Shown: piece after piece, positions 59,901 to 64,000 of the stretch
Position numbering within the stretch: position 1 is the first letter of the stretch
How the letters are laid out: every line of letters begins with the position of its first letter
NCBI GenBank assembly: GCA_963681965.1
Contig: OY820579.1
Span: forward strand, 3,904,001 to 3,968,000
DNA: 64,000 bases
Reading direction: 5' to 3'
Source of the DNA: a bacterium
Lineage (GTDB): Bacteria > Electryoneota > JAOADG01
Position numbers and translations under genes: made by a program
Notes under the pieces: generated by a model
The model's database searches: none
Told to the model about the DNA's origin: nothing
What the model saw: only the letters and a program-made list of their open reading frames with translations

Positions 59901-62167
59901 TCCGATTGCCATTCCCAGTGCAGTATTACGGCAAGCGGTACGATTCGTTGACGATCTGCTCCAATGGTTGGGCAGCATTCGGCAGTCAGCCGATGTACAA
60001 CAATTTCCGGAATTGGCACTTACCCGCTGCTGAAGGTCCGCGGAATTTGGTGGCAGTGTTTTGGGAAGATTTGATGTTCGGTACTCCGACCAGCGGTGTT
60101 TATATCTACAACGATACCGCATCTCATCGGTACGTCGTGACCTGGAGGACGCAGAATACTTTCGGAAATATGCCGAATGAATTTCAGTTGTTGATCTATC
60201 AGCAGGAAAATTGGCCGACTTTGACCGGCGATGCGCCGTTGACGTTCCAATACAAGGATTTCAACAATATCACCGGCGACACCTACGAACCGGATTTTGC
60301 GACGATTGGAATCGCCGACAACAGTCGCCTCTCGGCAATCGAGTACAGTTATGAAAATTTGTATACGCCGGGGAGTTCCTTTATCGCGAACAATACCGGT
60401 GTAAATTTCGCGATATCGTTTACTACTTCTCCGACCGACACGATGCTGCATATCTATACTCCGAATGGTCGGGATACCCTGCAAGTCGGATCTCCCTACC
60501 GGTTCTCGTGGTCCGGTCGACCCGCCCTCGCTACTCTTCATATCGAGTTGAAGCGGGACTTCCCGAATGGTGTTTGGGAACGAATTCTCCGCAATGTTCC
60601 CAATACTGGTTCGGCAACTTGGACGGTTGCCGGGAATGTTTCAAATCATGCCCGTTTCCGGCTACTGTCGTTGGATGGAATTGATAGCGACACTTCGAAG
60701 GCATCGGTAATTTCGAGTGGAACTTCGACACTGGCACTAACCAACCATGATTATCTCGATTGGGTAATTGGCGATCCGGTCGCGATCAATTGGGATGGTG
60801 CGATGCTGGTCGGTACCGTTCGCATCGAGTTAAACCGCGACTACCCAACAGGTACTTGGGAAACGATCGTACCCGATGCCGTTTCTTCGACTCGTACGGC
60901 AGTTTGGACGGTTACCGGACCGGTCACCGACCATGCGCAATTCCGGATTTTCTTCAATCATCTACCGACAGTTGGCGATACTAGTTCGGTGGTGGTGATT
61001 TCGCAACCGGCACACTTAATTGTTGATCCGAATCCCATCAATCGAACGGTTTCTCCTGCCGACTCAACCACTTCGATCATCACTGTCACGAACGATGGTG
61101 GATCGCCGTTCGTCGGTACGCTGTCTGCGAATTGCGGCGTCGATGGGTTCACCTTCATCAAGTCGAGTGAGGTGGGTGGTCCGACTTACTCTTGGATCAG
61201 CAATACTAGCGGGACAAGAGTCAATCAATTGGTAAATGGACCGTATACGTTACCGTTTACATTCTCATTGTATGGGACGGCATACACACAAATGTGGATC
61301 GGTTACAACGGCTGGCTCACGTTCGAAAATCCAGGCGCGAATCAAGCACTTCATCAGCAGCAGTTGCCGTATACGGTGATGCAAAGCTTCCTGACACCGC
61401 TGTGGAGCCATTACCAGTCCGGATCGGGGACAGTACGGTATACTTTTAATCGACAATACTGCTTGATCTCCTGGGAAGGGATGCAACGATATCAGATGAC
61501 CGGTTCCTCTTATACTTTCGAAGCCATGCTCTATCCCGATGGCTCGATCGTGTATCAATACCAGACAGCAGTTGAGGCTGATACCGTTTGCTGCTCAGGG
61601 GTACAGAGCAGCGATCACACGATGTATCTCAATGCGATCCATCGCGAACCGGTACCGACTCCATCGGCTACAAAATTTTATACGTCGCAACGGTGGTCAG
61701 TTCCACAATTGACCAGTTTATCCATTCCGAGTGGCGGACAGCAGCAAATCACTGTAAGTTGGAATGCCCGAATTCGGGTGTTAGGTGATTCACTGGTTGG
61801 GAACTATGTGTTTGCCGGAAATGAAAATCGAGTTCGATTGGTGGTTCCGGTTAGTATGGTCGTTCGCACGACCGATGTTGCGAACACCATGCTGCAATTG
61901 CCCGATCGGTTTGCTCTGCATCCCAATTATCCCAATCCATTCAATCCAGAAACGATGATCCGATTTGATCTGGCGCATTCCGATTTGACTTCGGTAAAAG
62001 TCTTCGATGTGACGGGACGCTTGGTTTCTACTCTGATGAATGGAAAACAGATTGCGGGTCGGCATACGATTCGATTTAATGGAAACCGATATGCCGCCGG
62101 GGTCTATTTCGTGCAGGTGAAGAGCGGCCCGAATACCGCCACGCAGAAGATTGTTCTGGTGAAGTAG
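56942..62167 (+). CDS. C25 (gingipain-like) peptidase family multidomain protein with T9SS C-terminal domain
   Basis: Propeptide GKPALP..MRD.R; TDHSY..L.GDD..DV..SR; LTCGSG; NIMGD; GNGNGQLNPGE; two nidogen-like modules; CTD NYPNPFN..AGVYFVQV..QKIVLVK; start 56942 after GGAG. Confidence 0.85.
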   Translation: MLLRATSLRKLPTPILHALVVFSLLFTAHPSISRALTPADYDFDGVPVTNSIHINVTTLGVGHLFLRFEAPAISMESVTANDRDWTLVKLDGEGRIWETGKPALPAVMRAVRMPNTGNVEVRIRNAQYQDYYNIDILPQQPFADVDATGNSLIPPFVYDDKTYLSDSWYPSNPYLLNNTAIMRDARISLFSYYPVQYQPSTRTLRVYTQYELEIIPVGGVGVNELLSSPKPVPSFASLYRDILGADDLVEDNLAATPGQILVIARSSTSTTAAFQSYIEWKTLSGHPVRLMAPANQGWSTSDVMSVIQTAYTTWNPPLESVILVGEGGSTMQSLYLPSYIVGENLATDHSYMQLAGDDILADVPLSRMSTSQISQLQTMISRTIGFEKAPPISDSIYFTTGWGYAGVSHEVLSNRPAVRFMLEMMNRRGVTNTRYDEHSSSVNYTTIQQATMHSILWAHRAAWVGELDPANFLTFMNTFRPFVSLNLTCGSGNWFGDQLTGINEALIRSGSSALPTGALSGMSTESSETKPAFNNVVATGVYYGFGVNDNTNPGSMYLAGKFNLWRNFQVSQADQVTNFSQWNNIMGDVTPLIWTGMPKRVTCTMPDTISRNATQMICNVTRNDEPLGKALVTAWKRNATGTNETYVRVTTDANGNAIIPLTNQTDGVMLISVTGNLPGQNIYPYVDSVRVLRQSVDLTVGTTIVNDSDTGTVGNGNGQLNPGETIRGAIQLTNSGDVALTNLNAAISSSDRRVTILDTSVSLASIGTGSSVTLPSIRLQVASTYSDGETVPLALNITTTQGSLKVYVNIPVRSFHLNLVTTHLINFPALEPQMISDFAVTVNNSGGWYPSSATSAVLYSLNREIRVTRSTTSFASLPNNVDVTNLATDRWEISTTSLLDPGLPASMMVVFSNGSIRDTIRFDIPVVGPSSSQPTGPDSYGYRAFDMNDIDYGQVPSYNWREIIDNSLGYRLDLHDDAYNRDSSVVVRLPFPVQYYGKRYDSLTICSNGWAAFGSQPMYNNFRNWHLPAAEGPRNLVAVFWEDLMFGTPTSGVYIYNDTASHRYVVTWRTQNTFGNMPNEFQLLIYQQENWPTLTGDAPLTFQYKDFNNITGDTYEPDFATIGIADNSRLSAIEYSYENLYTPGSSFIANNTGVNFAISFTTSPTDTMLHIYTPNGRDTLQVGSPYRFSWSGRPALATLHIELKRDFPNGVWERILRNVPNTGSATWTVAGNVSNHARFRLLSLDGIDSDTSKASVISSGTSTLALTNHDYLDWVIGDPVAINWDGAMLVGTVRIELNRDYPTGTWETIVPDAVSSTRTAVWTVTGPVTDHAQFRIFFNHLPTVGDTSSVVVISQPAHLIVDPNPINRTVSPADSTTSIITVTNDGGSPFVGTLSANCGVDGFTFIKSSEVGGPTYSWISNTSGTRVNQLVNGPYTLPFTFSLYGTAYTQMWIGYNGWLTFENPGANQALHQQQLPYTVMQSFLTPLWSHYQSGSGTVRYTFNRQYCLISWEGMQRYQMTGSSYTFEAMLYPDGSIVYQYQTAVEADTVCCSGVQSSDHTMYLNAIHREPVPTPSATKFYTSQRWSVPQLTSLSIPSGGQQQITVSWNARIRVLGDSLVGNYVFAGNENRVRLVVPVSMVVRTTDVANTMLQLPDRFALHPNYPNPFNPETMIRFDLAHSDLTSVKVFDVTGRLVSTLMNGKQIAGRHTIRFNGNRYAAGVYFVQVKSGPNTATQKIVLVK

Positions 62168-62196
62168 ACACTGAACGATCGGTATTCTTGCTTTTA

Positions 62197-62310
62197 TAGT
62201 GGTTCTTGATAATATGTTGTCACAATTCGGTGTCAGGCTTCGCCTGACCTGCGGGCGGACGCGGGGATCCGCCCCTACTAGTGATAACAACTTATTTTCA
62301 AGAGATGCTA
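62197..62310 (+). mobile_element. 114-bp MITE-like element, copy 6
   Basis: TAGTGGTTCTTGATAATATGTTGTCAC..GTCAGGCTTCGCCTGAC..GCCCCTAC..GTGATAACAACTTATTTTCAAGAGATGCTA. Confidence 0.85.
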
Positions 62311-62315
62311 CAAAT

Positions 62316-62346
62316 AAAACGGGCGACCACGATGGTCGCCCGTTTT
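62316..62346. terminator. Bidirectional terminator-like hairpin between convergent genes
   Basis: AAAACGGGCGACCA-CGA-TGGTCGCCCGTTTT. Confidence 0.7.
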
Positions 62347-62367
62347 CATATCAACTATCCGTCAATA

Positions 62368-63999
62368 TTATGCGTGGATTGCTTTCCGGTTAATTTTGCC
62401 GATCCAGATCAGCAATACTACGATGATGATGGCATCGAAGATCGCGACCTGCCAGATGAGCGGCTGGTATCCCGCCTCGACACAATACATTGTCAATCGA
62501 GCCAGAATAACTGTCATCCCAGTGATCAGATACACCATCGGATGCGGATCGATGATGAATTTCAACACGAGATACATCACCCCGACCGTCGCAATCGCAT
62601 TGATGAAACCGTATAGCCATTCACCGGGATAGATGGCTTGACCCGGCATAAAGGCAATGACGAGGATCGCACCCAATAGCAGCCTTTGCAGCGGTTTCTG
62701 CCATTTCTGCGACCAGATGTAGAGGATGAATGCACCTAGAGCAAATATCGAGATACTCATCCCGATTAATTCCGAAATCAGTTGAAATGCTTGAACCGGT
62801 GCGAACATAAATTCATTACTCAATAGCTGTTGCGGTGGTAAGAATTTCGTACTGACCGATGCCAACAGACTGGAAATGACACCGAGAAGCAACCGCCCAC
62901 CGATAACAGCAGCAACTGCAATCAGGATCGATTGGAAATTGATTTTCAATTTGGGTTTTCGCAACGACTCGAAAGCATTCGGGAACAGACCGAGCAATAC
63001 CCCGAAGACCAGCCAAACACCGACCCAGATCGAAATACCGGATATCACCCAGGTGACAAATTGGGTAACCCGGAATACTTGCAAAGGAATTTCGGGATTA
63101 TCGAAATGCATATCGCGCATCGTCACGAAAGTGTTGTAGTTACTAATCAAGATCAGAATTCCCGGTACAATCGACCACATCAACGCCTTTTTCCACGGGA
63201 TGAGACCCTTGCGAGCAATCAGGAAAATCGTGACAATCAACCCAAAAACGATGGTTGCGATGGCGAGGATATTGATGGTTCGATAGATCGCGCGACTTGG
63301 GGTTGTAGCGTGATGGTCGCGAATCCATTTCTCCGGGACCTTGAAGTAGTAATTCGGACCAAACTGAATCTTATTACCGGTAACGACACCAGTCACTCGA
63401 TACTTTGCATCGAAGAAATGGCGGGAGTCGCCGTCTTTTGCTTCGTAGGTGATGTAGTGATCGATCCGCTTCGGTTTTTTCTCCTGATTGTACTCTTTGA
63501 CCTCCCACTGCGATAGATCCATTCCCCTTGCCCGCATTAACACTTCGATCATTGCCTGAGCGGAATCGCGACTCAGTGAATCGCCGGGCATTTCCTCCGG
63601 TGGAATCAGTCCAAGAGAGAGAATATTTCCAGTTGCAATGGATGCGCGTCCCCAGTATTTCAATCGAGATTCCGGTTTATATGCATTGACGATCACCGAC
63701 GGTTCGCGGAAACGCGTTTGCAACAAATTGTTTGCTTCTTTGATTGACCGGGAATGTTTGAGGAGGTACGCATTGAAATCGGGATCGGTACTATTATCGT
63801 TCTGTTGAACCGGCACATACATCGTCAGGGTGTCGGGATTCGCCCAGCCACTGCTGCGGAGGGTATCGGCGAAGTTCTTCAGCATCGTCGCTTTCGACGC
63901 TTTATACGTGATGTAACTGCGGAATTGATCGATCGGTAGCAACGACCCAGCGATACCGACGATCAGCAAGATTACTACGAGTGCCCAACCACGACCGTG
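62368..63999 (-). CDS. Integral membrane protein, 5' end beyond the window
   Basis: Frame open to the window edge; TM helix, large extracytoplasmic loop, then about 8 TM helices. Confidence 0.7.
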   Translation of the reverse strand, partial: HGRGWALVVILLIVGIAGSLLPIDQFRSYITYKASKATMLKNFADTLRSSGWANPDTLTMYVPVQQNDNSTDPDFNAYLLKHSRSIKEANNLLQTRFREPSVIVNAYKPESRLKYWGRASIATGNILSLGLIPPEEMPGDSLSRDSAQAMIEVLMRARGMDLSQWEVKEYNQEKKPKRIDHYITYEAKDGDSRHFFDAKYRVTGVVTGNKIQFGPNYYFKVPEKWIRDHHATTPSRAIYRTINILAIATIVFGLIVTIFLIARKGLIPWKKALMWSIVPGILILISNYNTFVTMRDMHFDNPEIPLQVFRVTQFVTWVISGISIWVGVWLVFGVLLGLFPNAFESLRKPKLKINFQSILIAVAAVIGGRLLLGVISSLLASVSTKFLPPQQLLSNEFMFAPVQAFQLISELIGMSISIFALGAFILYIWSQKWQKPLQRLLLGAILVIAFMPGQAIYPGEWLYGFINAIATVGVMYLVLKFIIDPHPMVYLITGMTVILARLTMYCVEAGYQPLIWQVAIFDAIIIVVLLIWIGKINRKAIHA

Positions 64000-64000
64000 C

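Overview
This 64-kb window looks bacterial and diderm. Several secreted proteins end in T9SS/Por-type C-terminal sorting domains and one is a C25 gingipain-like protein, which points to the FCB superphylum (inference; Electryoneota/Calditrichota/Zixibacteria-like). I found no rRNA, tRNA, CRISPR array or transposase. Main contents: (1) A co-oriented candidate extracellular electron transfer (EET) cluster at 5714-13238 with 37 CxxCH motifs: a 19-heme cytochrome fused to a quinol-interacting cytochrome b (CbcL-like), a beta-barrel porin, a 9-heme periplasmic cytochrome, a 5-heme lipoprotein cytochrome, a 4-heme c554-like cytochrome and resB. (2) A pseudaminic acid pathway with amidotransferase and methylase modifiers, a fused transferase-methyltransferase and two sigma54-type promoters (39914-51569). 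(3) Housekeeping and transport genes: hisS, eno, rsmE, prpD, an acyl-CoA ligase-GNAT fusion, a Fur-family regulator with an RcnA-like exporter, a TolC/HlyD/permease operon and a heterodimeric ABC exporter. (4) A candidate nucleoid-associated protein with AT-hook-like motifs and an Mrr_N-type winged helix. (5) An intergenic repeat system: a 114-bp element with terminal inverted repeats that carries GTAG-type REP palindromes (6 co-oriented copies), mosaic REP arrays and G-rich heptamer tracts. All calls come from motif recognition by eye; no searches were run.
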